Shown: piece by piece, positions 13,052-24,849 of the stretch | How positions within the stretch are numbered: position 1 is the stretch's first letter | How the letters are laid out: each line of letters begins with the position of its first letter | From: Mytilus californianus | Lineage: Eukaryota | DNA length: 64,000 nt | Direction: 5' to 3' | Assembly (NCBI RefSeq): GCF_021869535.1 | Contig: NW_026262679.1 | Coordinates: forward strand, 19,468,001-19,532,000 | Program-made: the position numbers and the translations under genes | Notes under the pieces: model-generated | Seen by the model: the letters and a program-made list of their open reading frames with translations, nothing else | Told to the model about the DNA's origin: nothing | Databases searched by the model: none

Positions 13052-13568
13052 AAGTCTAAATTGAAAACAACGTTCAAACCTATGATTGCGTTGGATAAAA
13101 ACCGCAATTTTTATACGTGTGCATGCAAAACAAATTTCTTGGTAGAGGGGTCTGAATACAGCACAAACAACATTTTCCAAAAGACCAAAACAGTGAAAAA
13201 GTATATTTAAACAAAACGCATTTGACTAACAGGTCGAACAACGGATGTTCTTAAACCCTGCTGACTGCCATTGGCGAATGCCTAATAAACGGATCACAAG
13301 ATGTAACAAAATCGATCTTTGTTATAATTTAATACCAAACAGAAAACAATAAACTTGCGAAAAAGATGGTATACCGCAAACATGAGGTGCAAAAATTTGT
13401 ACACCATATCCGGATTTCGACAATTAATGTCTCTTCAGTGATGTTAGGAATCGAAACGGTATTTGGAAGGCCATATAATTTATCTCAATTTAGGATAGAC
13501 TCTTGAATTTTGAAGAGTCGAAATAGGATGAACGGATCATATAAACCCGAAGTGAAATATAATACAAG
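13052..13568 (-). mobile_element. Hammerhead-bearing non-autonomous retroelement (retrozyme-like), family 2, copy A
   Basis: Inverted and permuted homolog of 56294-56779; contains an intact hammerhead core. Confidence 0.8.
13401..13444 (-). ncRNA. Minimal type-I hammerhead ribozyme (family 2)
   Basis: Minus strand ACAUCA-CUGAAGA-GACA(UUAAU)UGUC-GAAA-UCCGGA-UA/UGGUGU. 6-bp stem I, canonical core, 4-bp stem II, AUA cleavage triplet. Confidence 0.9.
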
Positions 13569-13698
13569 ATCTGATGGCCATGGATCCATTTAAGAATAAT
13601 TTCTCACTGCTCAACAAAAATAAAAAAGGAAATTATTGAAATCACTTATGACCATCTGTTTTAATATGATTAATGAAGTATCTAAGAAATAAATGTAA

Positions 13699-13990
13699 AA
13701 TAAGGAGGTGTGGTATGGTTGTCAATTAGATAACTATCTACCGGTCAAAATGATACAGATAAACACAACTATAGGTTACCATACAGCCTTCAACAACGAG
13801 CAAAATCCATACCGTAAAGTCTGCTAAAAAAAGGTCATGAAATGACAAACTGCGTTAATTGTCAAAGAAAAAATTCAGGGTCTGAAAAATATACAAATGA
13901 GAGAGAGCATCCAACAAAAAACACTGGATTATAGGATCCTGACTTGGGACAGGGAAATACAGAACATTTCAGTGTTAAAAATGAATGTTT
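13699..13990 (+). repeat. Diverged copy of the abundant AATAAGGAGATGTGGTATG... interspersed repeat
   Basis: Matches 27371-27790; short heads also at about 11530, 48411 and 51335-51405 (minus). Confidence 0.7.
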
Positions 13991-16924
13991 TTGAGCGCTC
14001 AACCATATTACAATTGTGTTCGACCTCTATAAGCAAAAAAAGCTATACTCGTTGATCCAAACCATCATAAAGCATGCCTGTCATTGCATTCGAAATAAAA
14101 CCAAAGGGTATTTTTTTTAGATATCCTATCAAGTCTGTGAATATGCAAATTTTGTCACATATACAATATACAGGTACATTGTCGAAAAACACCAAATTTA
14201 TTTTTCTTAGCTTTACAAAATGCTTTAGAAACGGGAAGAAAAGCGAAAGATTTTCTACTAGTTTGTAGCAAGTACATGTACAAATACATTACATATTTTC
14301 TGATAATGTACATATATATTATTGTTATTCTGCAGAAGGCAAACCATTATTTGTATACCGGTCATTGTTAATTGCAGAATAAAATATTTTAGTCATAATA
14401 TACAAGTCAGGTTTTCTAGATTGTAGGATGGTTTTTTATACCCTGCTTATGATCTACAAGCATGACAAGTACCATTATAAGATATATATTATAATTTTTA
14501 TAGTTATACTATTAAATCACTTATAAAAAGAGAATTAATATGTTTGGTAAAAAAAAACAATTCTAGTTGGTTTGTTTTGCATTCAAACTTTTTGTGGTCA
14601 ATTTGATATTTGAGATATATATGCCTTTAAATCACAACATACTGATGATTAAAGAAAGCGTTACATTGAATTAGTAGCTATGATTACCAAGTTCTTTAAT
14701 TGAATATTTTTTGTTATGAATAAAATGAACTTCTTGATGTTTAATATAACTTTTCAATGAAATTTAAACCCTTTTGAAAAAAAAATTACCAATTTTTCTT
14801 TGATTTTCATAAAAAGTGAATTTCTTATTTATTCAGACTTGGTTACCATAGCAACCATTTTTTAAAAATCTGCTTCTATTGATCATAATTGGATTGAACA
14901 ATATTTTTATACAAGAAGGAAGCATTATTGTATTTGACTTAACCATCTGTTTTCATATGATTAATGAAGTATCTAAGAAAATAAGAATTTTGAAAATTTG
15001 AGATTGTTTCCATTTTTTGTTTTTATACAGTATTCCTGAATATGATTTGCCCATTGAATTTATTTTTGTTTTTGAAAGACTTATAGTTGTACCAGTAAAT
15101 GACACTATACACAGACCTGAGAGGTGCTGCATTTTCTTTCAAATAGCATTTAAAATTACTATTCTCTGCACATTTTCCCTGAAATCGACAAAAGCCGTTT
15201 TGTTCTCTTATGACAAAACCTTTTGCAAATCAGTGGTTCATGGTAAAAATGAAATTTATATATCAGATTGATATAATATATTTAAAAAGAAGAAATAAAC
15301 TGCTGGCATTTCTGTGTCAGGAAAGGTGAAAAGACCACTATTTTGACGGTGAAAAAGACCTCATTTTAGCAGAAATCTACTTTCATAATTACCATGGCAA
15401 CCATACATCATTGGGACAAAATATGTTCCATTTTTTTTCTTATATAGAGTTCTTAATATAATACAATAGTTTTATCAATATCTGAAACTATGCGTGCCAG
15501 ACCCCTTCGGAATATTTCTTATGATTACAGAGAATTGATCATAAATCTTTACTTTTCAATTTCTATGATCGCCATCATTGCTCGAAACAATAGACAACGT
15601 GTCCCTGAATCCTAGTGTTTATCCTTAACTGTCACTGATCCCGATGAAAGGGTATTGTATTTCTGTTAATACCGTTGTTGTATTATTTTTCTTGCTTTGA
15701 CCATTGCTCTTATATTTCGGACTTCGGAATTGTGTATACGTATAAAACGATATGCCTACCCTGCATCAATATTTAGCCTCTTTCTTTTTCGAAATTTATT
15801 CAATTTCGAAATGTTTTTTACCTTAACAATAAATTTTGGTGCATTTAAATATGAATTACCACATAATAAAAGAAATGAAAATTAAAATTAAAAAAATTTA
15901 TATCGATTTCAAATTATAAGGTTACTCTTTCAAGTTGAAATCAGGTGGACTTATATCTCAATATTAAGTTAAGATTGTTGAAAAATTAAAACTATTAAAT
16001 TAATGTCAAGACGGTCTTACCTCCAAATACGAAAGTCAAGACAAAAATCAAAACGTTCATCAACATGATGATCCGTTCCTCTTGGTGGTTGAATTAAAAA
16101 CGACCTAGTTATAGAAGAATTCGTTTTAGATGTGATACATGTACAGTAATTTCAGAAAAAATATCATTGTTGATAGTCTGTATCAAACTTATATCAAATG
16201 TTCTTAGGCTTGGGGATGATTTACAGCTTTACTTTTTGTCGGCACTTGTCTTTTTTGACGTATATATGTCTTTTATTTATATTGATATGCAAAAAACTAG
16301 ATTTGTTGTAACATCCTCATTAAGATTTGTTATTACAGTTGTTCACAAATGATTGATATTGAAATTAAGATAAATTATGAGAGAAAAAAAACTTAGTTAA
16401 AATTAAAAATAACAAAAATACCGAACTTCATGGAAATGTCAAAGCGGAAAGTCCTTTATCAAATAGAAAAAAATCAAAAGCTCAAACACATCAAACGAAT
16501 GGAAAACAAATATTATATTCCTGACTTGGTACATGCATTTCCTTTATAGAAAATGGTCGATTGAACCTGGTTTTATAGCTAACTAAACCTTTCACTTGTA
16601 TGACAGTCGCATAGAATTCCATTATATTGACAACAACGTGTGAGCAAAACAAACAGACATAATAGGTAAAAATGTCAAAAATTGGGGTACAGCAGTCAAC
16701 ATTGTGTTATAATCATAATCACTATAAAACAAATAACTATTTCAACAAAGAAAAATAAAATGGCATATAGACACTATAAACACAAAGTACATGAGCAAAC
16801 TGAAAGACAAGAATACAAAAAATCACCATAGCACAATAACACAATGGCGGGATGTAAAAATACCGTTCCACGCCAAAAGTATATTATATACATAATTATA
16901 AATCAACTGGTAACAAAAAAAAAA

Positions 16925-17132
16925 ACTAAGGATTTTCTACCCCAGGAAAAGATTACCTTAGCTGTATTTGGCATAACTTTAAGGAATTTTGAGTCATCAA
17001 TGCTCTTCAACCTTGTTTATTGTTTGACCTATTTAACTTTTCAGATTCGAGCGTAACTGACGAGTCTTTTGTAGACGAAACGCGCGTCTGAGGTACAAAA
17101 TTTCAATCCTGGTATATATGATGAGTTTATTT
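16925..17132 (+). mobile_element. Hammerhead-bearing repeat (family 3) inserted in the PLE 3' region
   Basis: Segment is absent from the paralogous PLE end at about 36250 and carries a hammerhead core. Confidence 0.7.
17051..17094 (+). ncRNA. Minimal type-I hammerhead ribozyme (family 3), stem I decayed
   Basis: CUGACGA-GUCU(UUUGU)AGAC-GAAA-CGCGCG-UC/. Core, stem II and GUC site are intact; stem I (GCGUAA vs UGAGGU) pairs poorly. Confidence 0.75.
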
Positions 17133-17844
17133 ACCAAAAATGTACTAAACAGTAATGGTGAAAAATATACAAAGACAAACAACAAGAACACTATAACATG
17201 TAATTAAGATGATAAAAAACGTCAGTTCCTAGAATCTATACTTCAAGACCATCATGTATTATTTTTGAAGTTGATACGGAATATTTATCAACAAGGTCTT
17301 GGTATCTTCCGAGACGTTCTTTGGCATTACCCTGGTTCATCAACTTTCTGCTCACACACTGGTGACGTTTTATAAAGTCTGAGCTGCAAGCTCTTGAATA
17401 CCAAATGAGTTGGGAAATGTATATCCCATATGCAGGTGAAGTTGGTATATTGCTGCTAAAGTGGGAGAAATTAGATTATAGATGACCGTTTATGTCAAAT
17501 TCGAGGTATAAGTCTAAAAATGAGGTGGATGAAGCCGTGTCTGTTTTTTCTTTTATTTCTAGTTCTGGAGGATATATTAATGAAACCCAATCAGAAAAGT
17601 TTGGAATGTTATTGAAAAGAACATCATCAAAATATCTGAATGTGAAATAAATGATCTGGCATCTTTGATCTTCTCGTTTTTGACAAGTGTCCGAAGAAAC
17701 TCCGATTCGTATGAAAATAGGAAGAGGTCGGCAAGGAGAGGCGCAAAGTTCGTTACCATAGAAATGCCGACATTTTGTTGAAAAAAGTCGACCTCGAAAT
17801 TCAACAAAAATGTTTTCGAGCTCACCTTTTGCTCAAAGGGCATG

Positions 17845-20800
17845 AAGTGACTCGAGAGAAACAACAAAACTAGATAACATGAGAAAGTTGATACAAAAGA
17901 ACGGTACAGATAATACAAGGAATGAAAGGTGGGAAACAAAATTTTTTACATACAAAACTAATAAGAAGTAAAAAATGGCAACTCAAAGTGATAAACAATA
18001 TGAACTCAAAGACAATGACAATATGGCGTACTACGCCGAGGTCGTGAGAACCGAGAGACAAAGTAATAAATTTGAAGATCCGGTAGGACCGTCATCAAAT
18101 TTTCAAACACAGAAGCCAGTATGTATTCTAGAACAACATATAATATTATAAATGAATATAAAGATCAGGAGGGGCGTTATTTATTAATTAATGTTGAATT
18201 AGGAGACAATGTATATTCTCTTATAAACATATATGCACCACATATAGCAAAAACAAAAAAAAAAAGAAACGCCTTCTTCTTCTAGAATTGATGTCTTCCT
18301 TGTAAGTAAAGATTGCAAAACTCATAAAGTAAACAAAGGGAAAGGATACTGGAAATTAAGCTCATCAATACTGAATGAGAAGGACTATTGTTGCAATATA
18401 GAAAAACTCATACAATACTATGAAAATAAGGAAAGAAACTACAGAAAATTTAGGTATACTGTGAGATAACTTTCAAGCTGAAGTGAGGGACAGTAGTTTA
18501 GGTTTTTGCAAATGAGCAAAACAAAAAAAAAGTAAAAATTCACTCTTATGAAGAAGACCTTAATAAGCTAAATATTAGATTAGATCAAAGCGAGAGCAAT
18601 AATAATTCTGATTTACTTTCACAGATAAATAATATAACTGACCATTTCGATCAATTATACCTTGAAAAAACAAAAGGAGCTCAAATAAGGTCAAGAGCAA
18701 AATGGATAGAAGACGGTGAAAAAAATACAGCTTTTTTCTTGAACCTAGAAAAATCAAGACAGGTATATAAAACCATAATAGAACTATACGACAATGAAGG
18801 CAAAACAACAACCGACCAAACTGAAATTATAAAACAAGAAGTAAAATATTATGAAAAGCTATATAAATCATCAAATCCAGACAAATTACAGACAAAAGAG
18901 TATATTCAAAACACTAAAATAGAAAACAAACCTATCAGATAAAGATAGCAAAAGTTTAGAAGATCCAGTAACATCTGAAGAAATTACAGAAGCAGTGTTT
19001 AAAATGAAACTTAACAAGGCTCCAGGTTAGATGGACTTAATGTAGAATTTTATAGGAAATTTTGGCCCTAAATCCAAAAATTATTATCCGAAGTATATTA
19101 TGCGTCCTATAACAAGAAACATTTGACAAATTCACAAAAAAGGGGCCAATTTCATTAATCCTTAAAAAGAATGATCCAAAATCTCTTCAAAACTATAGGC
19201 CAAAAACTTTATTAAATGTTGATGTTACAATTCTTGCTTATACACTTGCGCAAAGGCTAGAGATAGTTTTACTAAATATTGTAAATGCTGACCAGAAGGA
19301 TTTTGTGAAAAATAGATACATTGGGTTTAATATAAGACTTATTCAAGATGTAATTGACTATGCTGAACATTGCAATGAAGAGGGGGCATTTCCGGACTTT
19401 TCAAAAGCTTTTGATTCAGTTGAATGGATTTTCATGATACAAACATTAAAAAAAAAAATGGATTTAAAAAAGATTTTGTACATTGGGTTGATGCTACGTA
19501 TAATGATATATCTGGGTGCATTGTAAATAATTTGTGGATATCAAACCCCTTTAAGATCTGTCGAGGAATTCGACAAGGATGTCGTTGTCTGCTCTGATTT
19601 TTGTACTAGCGGTGGAAGTACTAGCATGCAGAATTAGATCCGAAAAAAAAACCATCAAAGGGTTCCAAATTAAATTAAATGGAAAAGACTGTTATATAAA
19701 AATAAGTCAATTGGCAGATGATACAACCCTATATTTAAAATCCAAAAAGGATATATCTTTAGTTATGAACTTTTGGCTCATTCTCTGGCTTAAAATTAAA
19801 TAGAACATAAACTGAAGGTATTTGGCTGGACAGACTTAAACATACTAAAGACAAATTCGAAAGAATCAATTGGACGAAAGAACCAATAAAAAGTTTAGGC
19901 ATTTATTCTGGCTATGATAAAGAAAAGTGTCAAAAACTTAATTGTCAAAAACAAGCTGATAAAATTGAAAAGATTATAAGTACATGTATGTGGTCAAAAA
20001 GAAAGCTAAGTATGGTAGGAAGAATAACCGTAGTGAAGTCTCTCATACTCCCCAATATAACATATACAACAAGCAATATGATATTACCAAAAGATTTTAT
20101 ACAAAACATAAAAACTATGGTATATAACTGTATTTGGAATGGAAAAAGAGATATGAATAAAAGAGATATTTTTGTCACAAAACTATACTGAAGGGGGATT
20201 AAAAATGATTTTTATAGATACTTATATATCAACAATTCAACTCAAATGGATTAAACAATTACTTGTTGAAGAAAATGTTGAACAAAATTGGAAGATATTG
20301 CCAAAATATATTCTGAATAAGATAGGAGATAACTTTTTAATATTCAAGATGAATATAGACAATATAAGTTTTATTGAACAAAATATAATAAATTTGATTT
20401 TTTATTTGATTTTTTTGGTGTTTTAACGTCACTTTTAAGCACCGCTTTTGGGCTATTTCGTGGGCGCCAGTTTTTATTGGTGGAGGTAGCCGGAGTGCCC
20501 GGAGAAAACCACCGACCTTCGATAGGAAAACTGACAATCCTAGTCAATTAAGATTGGAGTCGAGTGCACCCGCACGACCGGGGTTCGAACTTACAACCTC
20601 AGTGTTGACTGGCTAGTGATTACAGTAGTAACTACTTAGACCACTCGGCCACCGAGACCCCTCAAAATATAATAAAACAAATTCCAGTGTTTTATCAGCA
20701 GTTAATAAAGACCTGGATAATAGCAAAAGAAAAAAACAATACAAAAGCCTACCATGTTTTGAGAAATAAGGAAACAAATAATACGGGACAACAAATATAT

Positions 20801-21790
20801 TACAGTCAACAATAAATGTTTACTGTTTAAAAACTGGATACAGAGCCACATTCTAGTTATGGATGATTTATTAGATGGTGAATGAAACATATCGTCAGAC
20901 ATCATATCATACTAAGTAAACTTAAAAATAAGGAAAACTCGATTGCCGAATTAACAAAACCGAAGAAAGTTATTCCAAAACAGTGGACCAATATCATCAA
21001 AAACTCACCATCTAAACATACCCAAGTTAATATAAATAAAAATGAAAATCTTAATATCCTGAATAAAAAACTATTCAATCCCTAAATAACCATGACATTA
21101 ATACCTTTTTACAAAAAACAAGAGGAATACAAACACCCATTGGCTTTTTAAGATGAAAATCACATTTGACAATAGAAAATACTAACCCTGCATATGAAAC
21201 ATTGATCTTTACATTTCTAGATGATAATAGATATAAAATATTTAGATGGAAACTGCTACATTATATACTTCCCTGTAATAAACTATTAAAACAATGGCAT
21301 ATAATAGAAATAGACACATGCTAACACTGTAAAGAATTAGAGGATTATGATCATTTCTTTCTCATATGTTCATATTATGAATCCTTCTGGAAGAAAGTAC
21401 AACAAATTATCGCGAAATTAAACATTGGAAGACATGTTCTTAAACTGAAAAGTATAGTTTTTTTTTTATATAAAGTATATGATTAAGATTATTATGAACC
21501 TAATTTACTTCTAATCATAATTAGTTACACTATATATAAAGTATAATATATGTCAGACAAAAAAATAAAAAAATATACAATCACTCAAAATATTTAGACA
21601 CGACATCAGAAATTATACTAAAACAAGAACACATTTTTAGAATACAAGATTGGTAAATTATTAAAGAATGCAAGCTATTTAATGAACTAATTTAAAAAAT
21701 AAAAATATGAAGAAAGCGGAGGGAATTTGATTTACACAATGAGATAAACTTGCTATTATCGTAAAAATAACACTTCTTTCAAATATAGAT
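17845..21790 (+). mobile_element. Decayed L1/Tx1-clade LINE (APE endonuclease remnant, RT, C-terminal Cys/His motif)
   Basis: Frameshifted motifs in order: GRYLLINVELG..LINIYAP, GYWKLSSS, GAQIRSRAKWIEDGEKNTAFFLNLEK, KAPGLDG..EFY, RYIGFNIRLIQDVI, DFSKAFDSVEW, GIRQG, SALIFVLAVE, ISQLADDTTLYL, EDYDHFFLIC. Ends approximate. Confidence 0.9.
20393..20662 (-). mobile_element. Full-length tRNA-derived SINE (V/Meta-type central domain) inserted in the LINE
   Basis: Minus strand head GGGGTCTCGGTGGCCGAGTGG (A box) and AGTTCGAACCCC (B box); core GGTTTTCTCCGGGCACTCCGG; (TCAAA)-like tail; 14-bp TSD CAAAATATAATAAA at 20379-20392 and 20663-20676. Confidence 0.92.
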
Positions 21791-22213
21791 AGTATTACTG
21801 TAATTTCTACATACAGGTGTGTCTACCTGTTTATTATTTTTTGTATAGAGCTTTGACTGCATTTTTCTACAACTGTTGTTTTATTCTTGTTGTGTTATAT
21901 TCTTAGTCTCTTTTTGTTGTTGTCAACTAACCATTTACTGGTACAATGATATTCAAGATATAAGGAATCAAACATGTCATGAACACTTACTAAATGAACA
22001 TTACCTTCAACTCAATGATCTGATAAAATAGCATCCGATTTTACTGTAGATATATAGTTTGTAAAACACATATGAATTTCGATCAAACAATTACCACAGA
22101 ATAAAATGACGAATTATCATAAGTCCTGCAAAACAAATATTTTGAAAAAATTCCATGGCTAATCCATTTGATCAGATATATTCCATAGCAATACACATGT
22201 TAATAAAGCTATT

Positions 22214-22372
22214 TAATGAATTGCTATTATTTATTTTGAATTTATTGAACAATAAAATTAATTTTTGACTCTTCACATTGATTAATCCGCGAAGCGGATT
22301 ATGTAAAATGTGAAGATTCAAAAATTAATTTTATGGTTCAATAAATGCAAAATAAATAATAGCCATTCATTA
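22214..22372. mobile_element. Palindromic hairpin element with central GCGAAGC mini-hairpin
   Basis: 66-bp arms (22214-22279 and 22307-22372) with 4 mismatches; centre TAATCCGC-GAA-GCGGATTA at 22283-22301. Confidence 0.85.
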
Positions 22373-22745
22373 TAAATAAATTTCTATAAAAAAAAACGGC
22401 TCAAAGAGATTTTAATATTATTTATATTAACAATCACAACGTACACACATGTTGGCGTATGAATACACAACGTCAGAGAGGGCGTGTCGCCATAAAAATT
22501 GACAACATTGAAAATAAAGGTAATACTTTTAACCAATCAGAAGACAGTAAATACACCAAATTTATTTATTTTGTAAACAAAACAATTAATAAGAAATATC
22601 ATTCAGGTGAAGATATAAATTATATCCGGATTAATGAAAATTTGTGTACTAACACAACTAACCATAATATATGCTCTATACTAATGTTAACGAGGCCGGG
22701 ATAAGGTACCGGTATTTGATATATCTATTAACAAATGTAAATATC

Positions 22746-24395
22746 TAAATAAAATTTTGTTTTAAGAAAAAGAAAAAAAATATGTTGTCAATAAGAATCT
22801 CCAGCATACTAATCACTTGGTCCTCTGTGTAGCATGTTTTATCTTTTTGTTCCTTTTTAACAAAATATGTCGTATGGTATCCCAAAGCAATAAATTTATA
22901 TTTATACCGTCTGCCACCATTTTTATATTGAAAAGCATTGTGGATTATTTCTTTTAGACGATTTTTCAATTTCACATGGGGAATTGTGGTATAAAGAGTT
23001 GAAAAATCAAAAGATTTGATAGAATTAATTTCAGAGATAGAACGAGATATAAAATTATCCGGAAGTTCTTTAGAGTTTTTGTCAAACTAATGAACAATTC
23101 CTTTGTAGAATATGCAGATGAGCCGGCAATGTACCGTTGTTTGTACGGAATTTTGTGAAGCTTAGGTATCCAATACAAATAAAGTAAGTCCTCATATTTG
23201 CTGTTCAATGTAATGTTCATTGAAGCCATGAAGGACTTATGATTAGCCAAACTCTCATCCTTGTCAAATGATATGTTTTTGTATGTGGGACTACCTGAGT
23301 GCTCATGTGTTCCTAATTATTTTACAAAACACTCGTAGTAGGACAATTTACATACAAAATAATATTATTTGCAGCTTTATCTGCAGGAACAACAACATAT
23401 TTATCGTGAGGGGATGATAGACATTTCACAACTTATTTGTCTCTAAAAACGGAAATTGGTCGATCATTCACACAGTTTCTCTACTTATGAACTCGACGTT
23501 TTATCAGAGACCTGATTATTTTGACCCAGACTGACAAAGTGTCCAGTTCAACTTCATCTCGGTAAGCCCATGGTCTGTCGTAGTCCTCAATGGAATCCAT
23601 AATTATTTTGAAGTTATGGTTTCAATTAATATGTTGGGGTTCTCTGAACTTAGGACCATGAGATATCACCTTTCGAAGATGTTGATGTTGAATTATATTT
23701 TGATCCCTAGTAATAAAATGGCCAGAGGGGCTGTAATTATAAGGCGCGTGGGAATAGTCACATGTCGGAGTTATTTTTATTAGGTATTCTTCTAAATCAA
23801 GGTCGTGATATACTTGCTTATATTTAAATACTTTAGGTTCAATGACGTTGGTGTAAATGTAGGATACAATAGGATCAGACTGATTTTGAAAAAAAAGTGG
23901 AATTTTAGATGTTACCTCTTTGTGATGAAGAACGTTGCTGATGTTGATAGCATCAATTCCTTTGTTAGAAAACTGAACTGGAAGGAATTCCCTATTTTCA
24001 TCATATAATGGTTTCGATCTTACTGGTTTAAAAGACGGAAAAGAGCTACATCACAAATTATACTGACCAGTCTTTATATTGGAGAAAATGTATCTATGCA
24101 TCCCTTGTCAAGAGTACAATCTCTCAAACATTTTAGAAAATTAACAGGCAGTGAAAAAAACATAGTTCTAATATAATGTTACCCTAGTGAATGATGAAGA
24201 TGTGAAAGAAGGTCATCAAAGCTCCCAAAGGGCGATCTAGATGTTTTTGCCTATGACTACGCTGGTTCATAAATTAGTATTAAACAAGCTCATTACATTT
24301 ACATGACTGCAGGCTGGACTTTAAAATTTTCCTACTCCTTTGATGTTATCATTGCAACCATATGGTATTGCAGCACCTAGTTCCCTTATCCAGAA
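22746..24395 (-). mobile_element. Decayed Penelope-like retroelement with GIY-YIG remnant N-terminal to RT (Naiad-like), truncated at both ends
   Basis: Minus-strand order: FWIRELGAAIPYGCNDNIKGVG (about 24390-24330), SFDDLL..HYIRT..FSLP, GPKFREP, HDKYVVVPADKAANN, LYWIPKLHKIPYKQRYIAGS, KLKNRLKEII..MLEILIDNIF. Confidence 0.88.
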
Positions 24396-24750
24396 ATACT
24401 TGAGTAGGGTTGGCCTGTTAGATTGTTTTCCCCTGATTTACACTTCGATAAACAATGTTGCCGAAACTACATTCGTAACTAATGTAAACCCTATTTCCAT
24501 TTCAATGTGATCTATTAATGTGCGATACGATACACGTGCATGGGATCCTGTGGTTCCAAGAAAATCCAAATCGAAAATAAATGTACAGAACTCTAATTCT
24601 TATTCTAATGCATTAAAAAAAGACATAATGCTTAAGGGCTAGGAAAAATGTGTTAAATCAAAATAAAACCAAGTTCCACGAAATTTCATGAATGATGAAT
24701 TAATGGCTAATGAAACAACAAATTGTACGTTAAAAGTTACAGACGAATTA

Positions 24751-24849
24751 TAAGGATGAAACACATTTTTTTCTAGAGGTTTGCATGTTTGTGAGCTAAT
24801 CGCCCGTGTTTACACATCAATAACCTCTAGAAAAATGAGTGTAATCCTA
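24751..24849. mobile_element. Hairpin MITE (internally deleted; longer paralog at about 32951-33084)
   Basis: ACACATTTTTTTCTAGAGGTT ... AACCTCTAGAAAAATGAGTGT inverted arms. Confidence 0.7.

Larger units (their letters stand above)
16400..17840 (-). mobile_element. Penelope-like retroelement 3' part (RT C-terminus plus 3' region), decayed
   Basis: ORF 17577-17939 contains FQQNVGISMVTNFAPLLADLFLFSYESEF (PLE RT motif B, GIPMGTNCAPLLADLFL type). The frame ends KYSVSTSKIIHDGLEV*. The 3' region is repeated at 35790-36506. Confidence 0.85.

Noticed and set aside
12923-13180. ORF MENVVCAVFRP... shared with 56385-56585
   Set aside because: TTG start; similarity is explained by the two copies of the ribozyme-bearing repeat.
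20560-20662. tRNA gene
   Set aside because: It is the tRNA-derived head of a SINE with core, tail and TSD, not a complete cloverleaf gene.
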